Shown here piece by piece: positions 1 through 12,000 of a DNA stretch of 46,425 bases. The first letter of the stretch is position 1, and each line of letters opens with the position of its first letter. Source of the stretch: an uncultured Methanosarcinales archaeon (GTDB lineage: Archaea; Nanobdellota; Nanobdellia; Woesearchaeales; CAZPJY01); contig CAZPJY010000013.1 in the NCBI GenBank assembly GCA_964587045.1, forward strand, positions 1 to 46,425, read 5' to 3'. Below the pieces are notes generated by a model. It had not been told where the DNA came from, searched no databases, and saw only the letters and a program-made list of their open reading frames with translations. The position numbers were made by a program, and so were the translations under genes.

Positions 1-3000
1 ATCATCACCCAACGTCACCTGACCGTTAGCAGTTAATGCGCCGGTAAGTGTTGTCGTTAACGCGACTGACAAGTCGTCATTTACCGTCACCGCGTCGTCG
101 GTGTCCGAGAGATAGCCATCGTTGCTGATTCTGAGCTCGTTTCCTGTAGCGCCGAGGTCGGTGGTCCCATTTACATCAAGGTTGCCATAGCCAGCGGTGG
201 GTGTACACCCTCCAGGTCCGCCGATGCACAGCGAGCCCTCGACACCCATCGAGGCGTTGAAGCTTTCTGTGTCTGCGCTAAGCACATCTCCCTGGAAGAC
301 TATATCTCCGTCCACCCATATGTCACCCGAGTTGGTTATCGACACACCGTTTCCAGACCCGTATCCTCCTCCGAAATCAGCTGTACCATCAGAATACAGG
401 GTTGTGAGAGTACCTATGTTAACGTCAGACAGGGCGTTTACCACTCCGGTGACGTTCAGCACGTCGTCAACCGTGACATAGTTCCCGCCTGCGATGATTT
501 CGATGTTGTTCGCTCCGTTGGACGAGTAGGCCGCCGATCCGCTCGTGGCATAGATCAAGGCGTAGTTGGAGCCGTCGCCGATGCTTGCGGCTGTCCCTAC
601 CGCATTCGCTCCCTGCAAGGTCATGGTTCCGTCTACTTCCAGATCGTCGGAAACCAGCAAGTCCCCACCACTGCTGTCAACAACTGTCGGCGTGTTCGCT
701 CCGACGTAGAGGTAGCCTCCGTTGAGCTCAGCAGCACCAGCGCTGGTCACGAAGGCGTTGCCGTCAGCCATCCAAACCGCTCCGTTCTGGTAATTGACGC
801 TGAACTCTCCACCGCTTCCAACAGTCAGGTTGCCTCCTGTGACAGTCATCCCTCCATTTATGTTCTGGGTTCCTGTCACAACAAAGTCGCCGTCAACACG
901 CAGGTTGCCGCTTACTCCCACGCTTCCGTTCGAGTACAGGGTGGTGCCTGATGTGTCGTATCCTCCGCCGACCTCGAGACCGCCGGTTATGTTCATTGAG
1001 TCGTCCAGTGTGAGCATGTTGTTTCCGGCGGTGTTCCTGTGCAGGTAGACATCCTGGGAATCGCCGAAGTATATCCCTCCGTCAGCGTCCAGGTAGACCT
1101 GGTTCCACTCGTTGTTAGTGCCGCCGATGTTTGCGTTGGCAGAGGCGCTCGCTATGGTCCCGCCGGATGACACGTTGAAGCCTGAAGAGGTCAGAGTGAA
1201 CTGCCCGCTTCCAGCGTTCAGGTCTATGGCGTCGTTGCCGTCGCCGAGCAGTGTCGCGCCTGTGACAGTTAAGCCATCATTCACGGTGACAGAGGAGTCA
1301 TCGACGTCAGACAGAACGCCGTCGTTGGAGATCGCAAGCTGCAGGCCTTCACGTCCGATCAACGCCGTGCCGTCCACATCCAGCGTTGCGTCAGCAGTCG
1401 TGTCGTTTATTCCGACATAGCCGTTGCTCTCTACTGTCACCCGGACGTTGGAACCCAGCGTGGTGCCTGTTCCTATCTCGAAGTCGTCAGTTGCGTCAGG
1501 CACGCCGACGTAGAAGTCCTGGTCCTGCGCGTCGAACTGCATCATGACATTTTCCTGTCCGTTGTCGCCTATGGTGATCTCGGGAGTAGTGCCTATCACA
1601 TTGAGGTCGTCGTCGAGAGTCAGCGCGTCCTGGCTTATGTCGTAGAGGTTGCCGTCAACACCGAGAGTGCCATCCACCTCCGCGTTTCCATTGACCTCGA
1701 GCTGGTCAGAGACGAATACGTCTCCTGCTGACCCATCAACAAGGGATTGGGTCCCTGCACCCACATAGATTGCTCCATCAGTGTGCAGGTTGCCTTCGAA
1801 GCCCCCGCTACCGTTGCCAGAATAGATAGTCGCTCCGCCGCTTCCGTAGCCTCCTCCGACATCCAAGTCGCCGCTGAGGTCCTGGCCTCCTGTGGTTAGG
1901 GTTCCGCCGACGACCAGGTCGCCGTCGATGCTCAGGTTGCCGTTCTCGAAGAGCGTCGCTCCAGTATTGCCGGAACCGCCTCCAGCTCTAGCATTCCCGC
2001 TGCTGTCGACAGTAAACGTGCCAGAAGCTGCTGAGAAGTTGTTCGCAACTATCAGGTTGCCTGAGTCAGGCCCTACGGGATTGGTGCCGACTCCCATGCT
2101 TCCCTGGACAAGGGCGTTGCTGTCGACCTCGAAATCGTCCGCGAGATGCAGGTCTCCGTTGTCAGTGCCCGCGTAGTCGTTGCTTCCGGCTCCGATGTTT
2201 GCGCTGCCATCAGCCTGGAAGTCGCCGTTCAGGTTAAGGTTACCGTTGGTGTCGGCCGTCAGACCCGTGTTGCCGTACCCTTCTCCGACATGCAGACCCG
2301 TCGCCGCATGCATGTTGCCTGTCGTGTTGACCCAGCCGTCGGAGATTATATTGCCGACGCCAGTAATGTGGCCGCCGGTGTTGGACACGACGAAATTAGT
2401 GCCGGAGGCGGATATCCCTCCTGTCAGGGTCAATGAAGTGCCGCTATTGGTGGAGGTGATGGTGCCTGAGGTCTGGACGTCGCCAGTGCCGCTAATTGAC
2501 CACTGGCCGTCGGTTATCACGACATTGTCGTTTGTGCCGTTGCCCAGGTATATGTTATCCCCTGAGTTGTCTCCCAGGAATGAGCTTCCGTCGATCTCCA
2601 GATCGTTCTCAGCGTAGATGTCACCTGCTGCTGTGGCCTCGTTGGGAGTCCCTGAGTTGTCCACATAGGCGTGGATGGCCCCGTCAGCAGGCGGCAAGCA
2701 ATCGTCAGTGCTGCCCACGCAGATGCCGCCATTGAGTTCAACATCAGCTCCGATGTCTACCAGGTCAGTTCCTGGCTGGTTGCCCAGCACTGCCCCACCT
2801 ACCACGTTCAAGGCAGTCGCAGTATTGTCGTTGATCGTCACGGTGCCGGCAGTGACGACGTTGCCGCTCGTCGCGACGTCGAAGTTCTGCGAGTCGATAT
2901 AGTTGCCACTAGTCGCACTCTGCCCGATGCCGATGTTGCCACCGAGAACATGCAAGTCGCCTGACATGTTGAGATCGCCTGCACCGGGTATTACTGCTGT

Positions 3001-6000
3001 CCCGAGCGCTGTGCCTTGCGTGACGTTTAAGTGGCCCTGTACCGCAAGGTTCCCGGAGTTCATCTGCACACCGCCTACGTCGAGGTTGTTGATGTAAGCG
3101 GTGCCATCCACCTCGAGGTCGCCAGTCACAAACAGGTCGTTTTGGCCGTCGCCCTGCGACGCGGTCGGAGTGCCGTCACCAATGCGTACCTCGTTTGCAA
3201 CGCCCGAGTTCAGAATGAGTGGCGCTCCGGCAGTCTCGACGAATCCTCCAGCAACGACAATGTTTGAGTTGGTGCTCAGGTTGCCGTACTGGTCGACAGT
3301 CGCTCCGCCGTTCGCGTCACCGTAGCCTCCTGCGATGGCTATCGCGCCTGTGCCTGTGGTCACGGTGAAGCGGTCTGTGTCGACAGTGAAATCAGCGTTT
3401 GAGACCGCCAAGCCATTCTGCGCGCTGACGCTTCCGTCAGACGCTACCGAGAACGAGTTCATGGTGATGCTATTGGCGGTGAGATCTCCGCTCAGGTCGA
3501 TGTTGCCGGTGCCTCCCGGCATCGTGCCCACGCCCAGGCCGCCCTCGAGGTATCCGCTTCCAACTGTTCCAAAGTCGCCATTCGAGTAGATGGTCATACC
3601 AGTGCTAGCGTTGCCGGTTCCCACGTCAAGCGATCCTGTAATGTTCATGGAATCGTCCAGGGTGAGCATGTTGTTTCCGGCGGTGTTCCTATGCAGGTAG
3701 ACATCCTGGGAATCGCCGAAGTAAATGCCTCCATCAGCGTCTAGGTAGACTTGGTCCCACTCGTTGTTGGTGTCGCCTAAGTCTGCGTTGGCAGCCGCGC
3801 TGGTGATAGTGCCTCCAGCGACCACATTGAGCCCTGATGATGCCAGGGTGAACTGGCCGCTTCCCGCGTTGATTACGACGTTGTCGTCACCATCTCCCAG
3901 GTTTGACGCCCCGTACACGTTTAGCGTTCCCTCAATATATGCTGTATCGTCCACCTCGAGATCATCTGAGACGAACAGGTCTGCGGCAGCCCCATCCTCC
4001 ATGCCGACACGGTTGTCGAATCCGGTCCCAACCTTCACCGAGTCGTCGAAGGTGCCGTTGCCGTTGCTCAGCACGTCGCCGTCAGTGTCGGTGATGGTGG
4101 CGCCGGTATTGCCGTACCCGTTGCTCACCGTGAAGTCGCCTCCTGTCACCTGCAGCCCGCCGTTTATCGTCTGGCCGCCTGACACGACGAAGCTCCCGTC
4201 AACTTTGAGGTTGCCGCCGATGCCGACAGTGCCGTTGGCAAAGATGGTCGTGCCTGAGCTGTCGTAGCCGTTACCGACCTCTAACCCGCCGGTCACGTTG
4301 AAGCCGTCATCCAGCTGGAGCATGTTGGGCCCGATCCTGGACAGCTGCACGTCCTGGGACGCGCCGAAGATGATGGCGCCGCTGTCGTCGAGGTAGATCT
4401 CGTTCCACTCGTAGGTCGTGTTTCCTATGTCAGCGCCGGCAGCTCCTGTTATGGTGCCTGTGGTGAGGACGTCAAGGCCTGAGGACTCCAGCTGGAAGCT
4501 CCCGCTGCCCGAATTTATGAACACCGCATCGTTCCCGTCGCCGATCCTGGTGGCTCCGGTCACATTGAGCGAGTCGTCGATGGTCAGGGCCTCGTTTGCG
4601 TCGCTGAGGTGTCCGCTCGCGTCGACCGAAAACTGCTGCCCTTCGGTTCCTCCGACCAGGAGGTTGCCCTGGACATCAAGGCTCGCGTCGGGAGACATGT
4701 CGTTGATGCCCACAGTGCCGTTGAACCTGGCGTTGCCTCCCACCTCCAGCTCGTCCTGAACCGTGAGGTCGCCGGATCCTGGGATGTTGGTAATGCCCAG
4801 GCTCGTTCCGCCCGTGACGTTCAGGTAGCCGTCGACGTTCAGATTTCCCGATGAGAACTGGACTCCCTCGATGTTGAGGTTGTTCAGGAAGGTGTTGCCC
4901 TCCACTTCCAGGTCGCCAGTGACCAAGAGGTCGCCGTTGCCCGAAACGTACTCTCCCACCTCGCCTGCGTTGTCGCCGATCACGACCGGCAGGTTCGATA
5001 AGGCATTGAGAGTCAGGTTCTGGCCTGATGAGTCCACGTTGTCGCCGAAGACTGTCACGTCGCCGTCGATGTTGACGTTTCCTCCGACGTCGAGCGCACC
5101 GCCCGTGTTGGCAGGTGATGCGACGTCAGCGTAGCCGTTCGAAGATGTCACTACGAAGTTGCCGCTTCCAACATCGAGAGCCGCGCCTGATACGTTCAGA
5201 TTCGTTAGAACCATGACGTCGCCTGCAGCGTCGAGCTCCAGGTCTCCTGAAGAGGTGTCTATGAGTTGGTCGCCGTTGGTCCCGACTTGGACGTTGTCAA
5301 CGGTCCAGGAATTGAAGCCTGTGCCTACACCTGCAGCTGTTATGCCCCAGTTGCTGCTGTCGATTGTGACAGAGTCGCCGCCGTCGCCAAGGTTGACAGG
5401 GCCGTTGGCGTTGAACGCGCCCGAGACGTTGAGCGTGTTTGCGAAGCTGCTCGTGCCCAGTCCTGTCACTACCAGGTCGTCTGCAACCGTCACGTAGGTG
5501 TCGTCATCATTTGCGATGCTTCCCACGTACAGGTTGCTCACGTTGGTTATGGTGTTCTCATTCATGTCGATCGTGCCGTACACGTTCGCTCCTGATGCTG
5601 ACAGGATCTTTCCGCCCACGTAGGCACCGCCTGAAGTGTTGATCCAGGTGTTGGAGGTGAGTCCGCCTGAAGAGTCCACCAGGAGGTTGCCGCCTCCCGC
5701 TGAGATGCCTCCCGTGACTGTCAGAGCAGTGTTGCTGGAGTCTGCGATCTGGACGGTGCTGTCCGCGTACAGGACGCCGTTGACCTCGAGCTGGTCAGAC
5801 ACGACGAGGTCGCCGCCTCCGAGGTTGACCCTGTTGTAGCCTCCCGTCCCAACGTACATGTTCGCGTCGGTCCTGACGTTGCCGTCGAAGGCCGCGCTGC
5901 CGTTGGTGTCGTAGATGGTGGCTCCGGTGCTGCCGTAGCCGCCGCTGACCGAGAAGTCCCCACCAGTCACCTGCAGACCACCGTTTATGGACTGGCCGCC

Positions 6001-9000
6001 AAGCACAGTGAATGAACCGCCGACTACGAGGTCGCCGCCGACCCCGGCATCGCCTCCTGAGAAGAGAGAGATGCCACCGCTCGCGTTGCCGCCTCCCACA
6101 TCAAGGCTCAACGCGTCAGTGTTGCCTGAAGCATCGACGCTGAACCCGTTCATCGTTATGGAGCCCGCTGTGAGGTCGCCCGCCATGTCCAGGTCGCCGG
6201 TGGCCGCAGTGACGTTGAAGGCGTCGCTCACGTTGAGGTCACCTGCCATGTCGATCGCACCTGTCGAAGACACAACCAGATTGTTATTGACATTCAGGTT
6301 GCCGTCAAGGTTGACGTCTCCGCCCACGTCGAGAGCTCCTCCGGTCAGTGACGGAGAGCTGACGTCGACATTGCCTATCAGGTTCGACGTGCCGTCCACT
6401 TCGAGGCTGCTGTCGATTCCAACAGAACCTGTTGTGTTGAGGTTGCCGTCGGAGTCTATGCGTGTCACTATGCCGTCGCCCGAGTCGCGTATCCTGAACT
6501 CGTTCGCTCCCGAAGCGTCACTCAGGTCGACATAGACGTTGTTCTCGCCTGTGTCGCCGCCGAGTATCATGGCCTCGTAGCCGCTTGAAGTGTAGAAGCG
6601 CAGCGTGTCGTCTGCGGGGTTGAGGCTGACCCTTCCCTGGCCTTCGCCCAGGAAGACGTCGTTGCCCGTTACGTTGAGGTCGTCAGACCCGCCTATGTCG
6701 ACTGTGTTGTCGGAGGAGTCGTAGATGTAGCCGGTGCCGACAACAGCGAAGTTGTCGCCTGAGCCCAGCTGCACCAGGCCGCTGGCCGCGTCGAGGTAGA
6801 GGTCAGACGCCGCGGTGCTGATAGTGTTGTCGTTTGCCATTGCTATCTGGATGTTGTCCACCGATAGCGATTCAGCAACTATCATGTTGCCTGAGGAGTC
6901 CAAGGTCATCTGGGGAGAGCTGATGTTCAGCACTCCGGTGCCTGAGTCGAGGTAGATGTCGTCGACCCCCGCATGGTCTCCCATGGTGAAAGCTCCGCCT
7001 GTAGCGACAGCGCCGCTTATGTCGACAGATCCGTCGACGTCGAGGGTGTCCGAGGGCGTGCCTGCAGAGCCGACCCTGATGCTGCCCGCTGTCAGTGCGC
7101 CTGAGACGTCCGCTGCGCCTCCGACATGCAGGTCACCGCTCATGTTGAGGTCTCCGACTCCCGGCATCGTGGCAGTGCCAAGGGCCGTGCCCTCACCCAC
7201 CGAGAGGTTGCCCTGTATCTGCATGTTGCCGTTCTGGACCGTGTCGCCCGATGCGACCAGGGTGCCCTGGACGGTCAGGTTGCCTTCTATCAGCACCTCG
7301 CCGTCTGAGAGGCTTGAGGCGTCGCATCCGTTGTCGCCGACGCACAGCGCGCCGTCTTCCAGTTCCATGTTGACCGAGCCGGTGCCGTCGTTCTTGCCGA
7401 CATGCACTACGTCTCCAGTGTCGTTGCCCAGGTAGACGTCGCCGTGCAGGTAGGTGTGGCCCTGGACCTCTAGCTCGTCCCTGACCAGGAGGTCTCCCTG
7501 TCCTGGAGTAGCTTGCGAGAGGGTTCCGGTTCCGACCGCCACCGGCTGGGCCTCCTGGCTGTTCAGCCTCAGGTACGCGCCTGAGCTGTCGATGGTGTCG
7601 CCGTTGGCGTAGATGCCCTGCGTGACGTTCAGGGTCTGCTGGACCAGCATGCTGTCCGCTATGGTGACCGGGTCGTCCGCGTCGCTGATGTGCCCGTCGA
7701 TGTCGACCTGCAGGTAGTCGTTGTCCTGCCCGGTCGCCCCGACGCCCACGCGCAGCACGTCTGAGATGTTGACGCTTCCGTTGTACCTGATGGCGTCTGA
7801 GTAGAACACCTTGCCAGAGGTCTGGTAGATGTCGCCGTCGATGTACAGGTCGCCGTCAGACTCGAGCGTGGTTCCGCCGCTCCCGTAGCCTCCGCCGACC
7901 TCGAGATCGTCTCCTGCCGCTATCTTGACAGCTCCGTCCGCCGAGTCGAGGGTGAGGTTCTGGCCGTTGAGGCTCCTGATGACGCTGTCTATGAGCTGCA
8001 GGTTGCTTACGTTGAGCTCAGTGAGCCCGTACATCTGCCCGCCGCCAGAAATGCGCACCAGGTCGTTGACCCAGAGCCCTGAGACGTTCATCTCCTGGAA
8101 CTGTGCGTTGCCCGACGCCCATATGTCGAAGTTGTTGGAGTCAATCCTTATCGGGTCCCCGTCCCCGTCGCCGATGGTCACCGGGCCGTGGAAGGTCGCG
8201 TTGTTCTCCACGAGGAATCCGGTCGTGGAGCCCAAGGTGATGCCGTTGAACTGCAGGTGGTCTCCCAGGATGGTCAGGTTGCCGCTGATGTTCAGGTTCC
8301 CGTTCTGGTCGAAGGTGGCCCCAGTCGAGCCCGCCCCGCCGTTGATGAGAACGACGTCGTCAGGTCCGAGGTTGAGCACTCCGCTGCTTGCGTCAAGGGT
8401 CAGGTCGCCTGATGTGCTCGAGACGGTGTTCGCGTCGAGCCTCAGGCCGTCTATGTTGAGCTGAGTGCCCTGGATGACTCCGGCGCTGGAGATGTTCCAC
8501 TGCGGGTCCCCGGTTATGTCTATCGACGCGGCATCGATCGTAAGGCTTGATGCGTCAACCGATACTGTGTCGTCACCGTTGCCCAGGGATACCGAACCGT
8601 TCACCTCCAGGTTGTTCTGCACGCCGACGTTGTGGCCGACGTTCAGGTCGTATATGCCGGCTGTCGTGATGTTGGTCACGTCAAAGCCCATCATGTCCCA
8701 GTCCCCGCGCATCGCGCCGTCAGTGAGCGTGTTGGTGCCGAGGTCGACAACGCCCAAGTAGGCTGTGCCTGTGGTGGTGATGCTGCCTGCGCCGGTGTCG
8801 AGGCTCGCCGCTGTGACCGCGCCTGAGCTGTCAACCCCGAACTGGTCTGCTGAGCCGACGTACAACGCCTGGAATCCGGCAGAGCCTGTCGTGTTGATCC
8901 AGTCGCTGCCCGTTATCGCCCCAGTCACCTGGAGCGCTCCTCCGACATCTGCGTCGCCCAATACCTCCAGGGTGGCCATGTGCGCTCCTCCGCTCACGTT

Positions 9001-12000
9001 GAGGCTGCCTGTTATGTTGGTCCAGTCGCTTGCGTCATTGCCCAGGAATGAGGTGCCGTTCACGTACAGGTCGCCACCTACCTCCATGTCACCTCCTGAT
9101 TGGATGTTCCCGAAGGTCACGGAGCCGTCCACGGTCAGGTCGCCTCCGAAGAGGGCGTCGCCGTTGTTGAGGATGGACGCGCCGCCTGAAGCGTATCCGC
9201 CGCCGACGTAGAAGTCGGTTGCTACGGCACCGCTCCCGCTGGTGTTCAGCCAACCGTCAGATACCACGTCGCCCGCGTCGATCACGTTGCCGGCGTTGTC
9301 GACCTGGAAGAAGGTACCGGTCCCGACAGTGAGGGAGTCCGCTAGGGCTGTCGCCCCGCCAACCGAGAGGGTGGTTCCGATATCCGCGCCTCCTGTTGTG
9401 ACAATCATGCCGTCCGACGTGATTGAGCCCACATCCGATATGTTGGCGTTAGAGTCGATCCTGAAGTTGCCGCCTGCTGCGTACACCTCTCCTGTCGAGG
9501 GTGATACGTTGAAGCTGTTCCCCCCAACTGTGAGGTGGCCCGTCGAGACTGCAAGTCCGTTGTTGGCTGATACCAGGTCAGTGAAGGTCCCTGTGCCTCC
9601 CACGTTGAGGTCGTTCTGCACTGAGAGCGATCCGGACGCTGGCACTGCAACCGAACCTACCTTGGCGCCGCCCGTTACGTTGAGGTCGCCAGCCATTTCC
9701 ACATCGCCTGTTGCGCCTGACACGACGAAGTTGGAAGTGCCGACAGTCAGATCGCCGCCGTCAACATCCAGACCTGCGTTTGCGTCAATGTTGCCTGTGA
9801 CATCCAATGCGCCACCGATGTGTGCGTCGTCGCTGATGTCAACGTTGCCTGTGATGTTGGTCCAGTCCGCAGCGTCGTCCCCGAGGAAGGTATTTCCGAA
9901 AACCCTGAGGTCTCCGGTGATGTTGTGGTCGCCCTGGGTTACTGTGGAACTCGAGAATGTGGTGGTGCCTGCCACTGTGAGGTCTCCTCCAATGATTGCG
10001 TCCTGGTCTACGGTCAGGCTGTCGGACAGACCCAACGTGCCGTTCGGATACAAAGTCGCACCGCTACCCGAGTAGCCGCCGCCAACCTCGAAAGATTGGC
10101 TTGCGTTCACGCTGACCGCGCCGTCAGAATCGCTAAGGACGCCGCCGGACAAAGCCACACCGCCGTCAGCGTATATCACGCCAGCAGAAGCGAGCTGACC
10201 GGCAGACACAAGACCGCTGAAAGAACCGGAATCCGCGGTGAGAGCTCCGCCAGTCAGGAAAGCGGAACCGTCAGTCAGGTTCGCAGCCTGCACGTCGCCA
10301 GAAGCGGTCAGGTCAGCGATGCCCGACAGGCTGCCAGAATTGAAAGCCCAATCGCCAGAAAGCTGCCCGTCACCAATCGTGTTCTGACCCAAATCAACCG
10401 TGCCAACATAAGCAGTGCCAGCAACAGACGCGCTGCCGCTAGTGTTGATCCAGTCAGATGAGGTGATGAACCCGACAGAGTCCACGTTGCCTGACGTGTC
10501 CACGTGGAAGCTGCCTCCGGCAGTGAGCTCGTTTGCGGTCGCGGCACCGGTCACGTAAAGCGCGCCTCCGATGCCCGCGTCGGCCGAAGTGTTGAGCCAT
10601 CCGCCTGCTGTGATGTCGTTAACGTTCACGATGTTGCCGCTCGTGTCCACAGCGAAGTTGGCCGCGTCGATGTAGTTGCCTCCTGTCGCGTCCTGGCCGA
10701 TGCCTATGTTTCCGCCCCAGACATGCAGGCCGCCGCTCATGTTGAGGTCGCCCACACCTGGCATCGTGGCAGTGCCCAGTGCCGAGCCCTCAAGCACAGA
10801 GAGGTTGCCAAGCACTTCCAGGTTGCCGTTATTCATCTGGATGCCTGAGACGTTGAGGTCGCTCAAGTATGACGAGCCGAGCACCTCTATGCTTCCGGTG
10901 ACGAGCAGGTCGCCGGCTCCGGTGGCGTACGCGCCTGCCGATGAGCCGACCCTGACGGGCGCCGCGGCACCTGCGTTCAGCACGAGCGGTGCTCCCGCTG
11001 TGTTGATGAAGCCGCCGTCCAGTACCAGGTTGCCTTCAGTGCTGATGTTGCCGTCAGCTGCGATGGTCGCGCCGCTTCCGTAGCCGCCTCCGATGTCGAG
11101 GCTCAACACGTCGGTGTTGCCTGACGAGCCGACAGCGAATCCTGTCATTGTTATGGAAGCAGCAGTCAGGTCGCCGGCCATGTCCACATCGCCGGTCCCT
11201 GATGACACGTTTAACACGTTGCTGACGTTGAGGTCGCCGGCCATGTCGATTGCGCCTGCCGAAGAGGCCAAGAGATTGTTGTTGATGTTGAGGTTGCCGT
11301 CAAGGTTGACGTCGCCGCCCACGTCCAGAGCGCCGCCTGTGAGGGATGGCGCGCTGACGTCGACGTTGCCCATGAGCGCGGAATCCTGGTCGACAACTAG
11401 GCTTCCGTCCATCCACACGGATCCCGAGCCGTTGAGCAGCAGTCCGCCGTCGCCCACGCCGTAGCCTCCTGCAGCGACGACCGCGCCTGACTGGTAGTTC
11501 ACGCTGAATATGCCGTGGCCTCCGACCGACAGGTTCCCACCTGTCACGTCCAGTCCGCCTGATACGTCGAGATTCGTGGCAGACAGGTCACCGTCCACGA
11601 TGAGGTCGCCGCCCATGAACAGGCTGCCGTTGGGGTAGAGGGAGTGCCCTCCTGATGTGTAGCCTGATGCCACGTCGAGGGATGATGCGTTGGTCCCTCC
11701 TGTAGTGCTGACCGCGAATCCGGTCATGGTGATAGAGCCTGCAGTCAGGTCGCCTGAGACGTCGGTGTCACCAGTGCCTGAGGCTACGCTGAAGACGTTG
11801 CTCACGTTGAGGTCGCCGGCCATGTCCACAGCGCCGGAAGTCGAGGCAACGAAAGCGCTGCCTCCGACAGTCAGGTCAGCGCCAGTCACGTTAAGCCCTC
11901 CCTGAGCGTCGACATTCTGCTGGAACGCGGCCTGCTGGCCCACGTCGAGCGTGCCGTCGAACCTCGCATCACCTGATCCTGTAACATAAGCGGAATCGCC

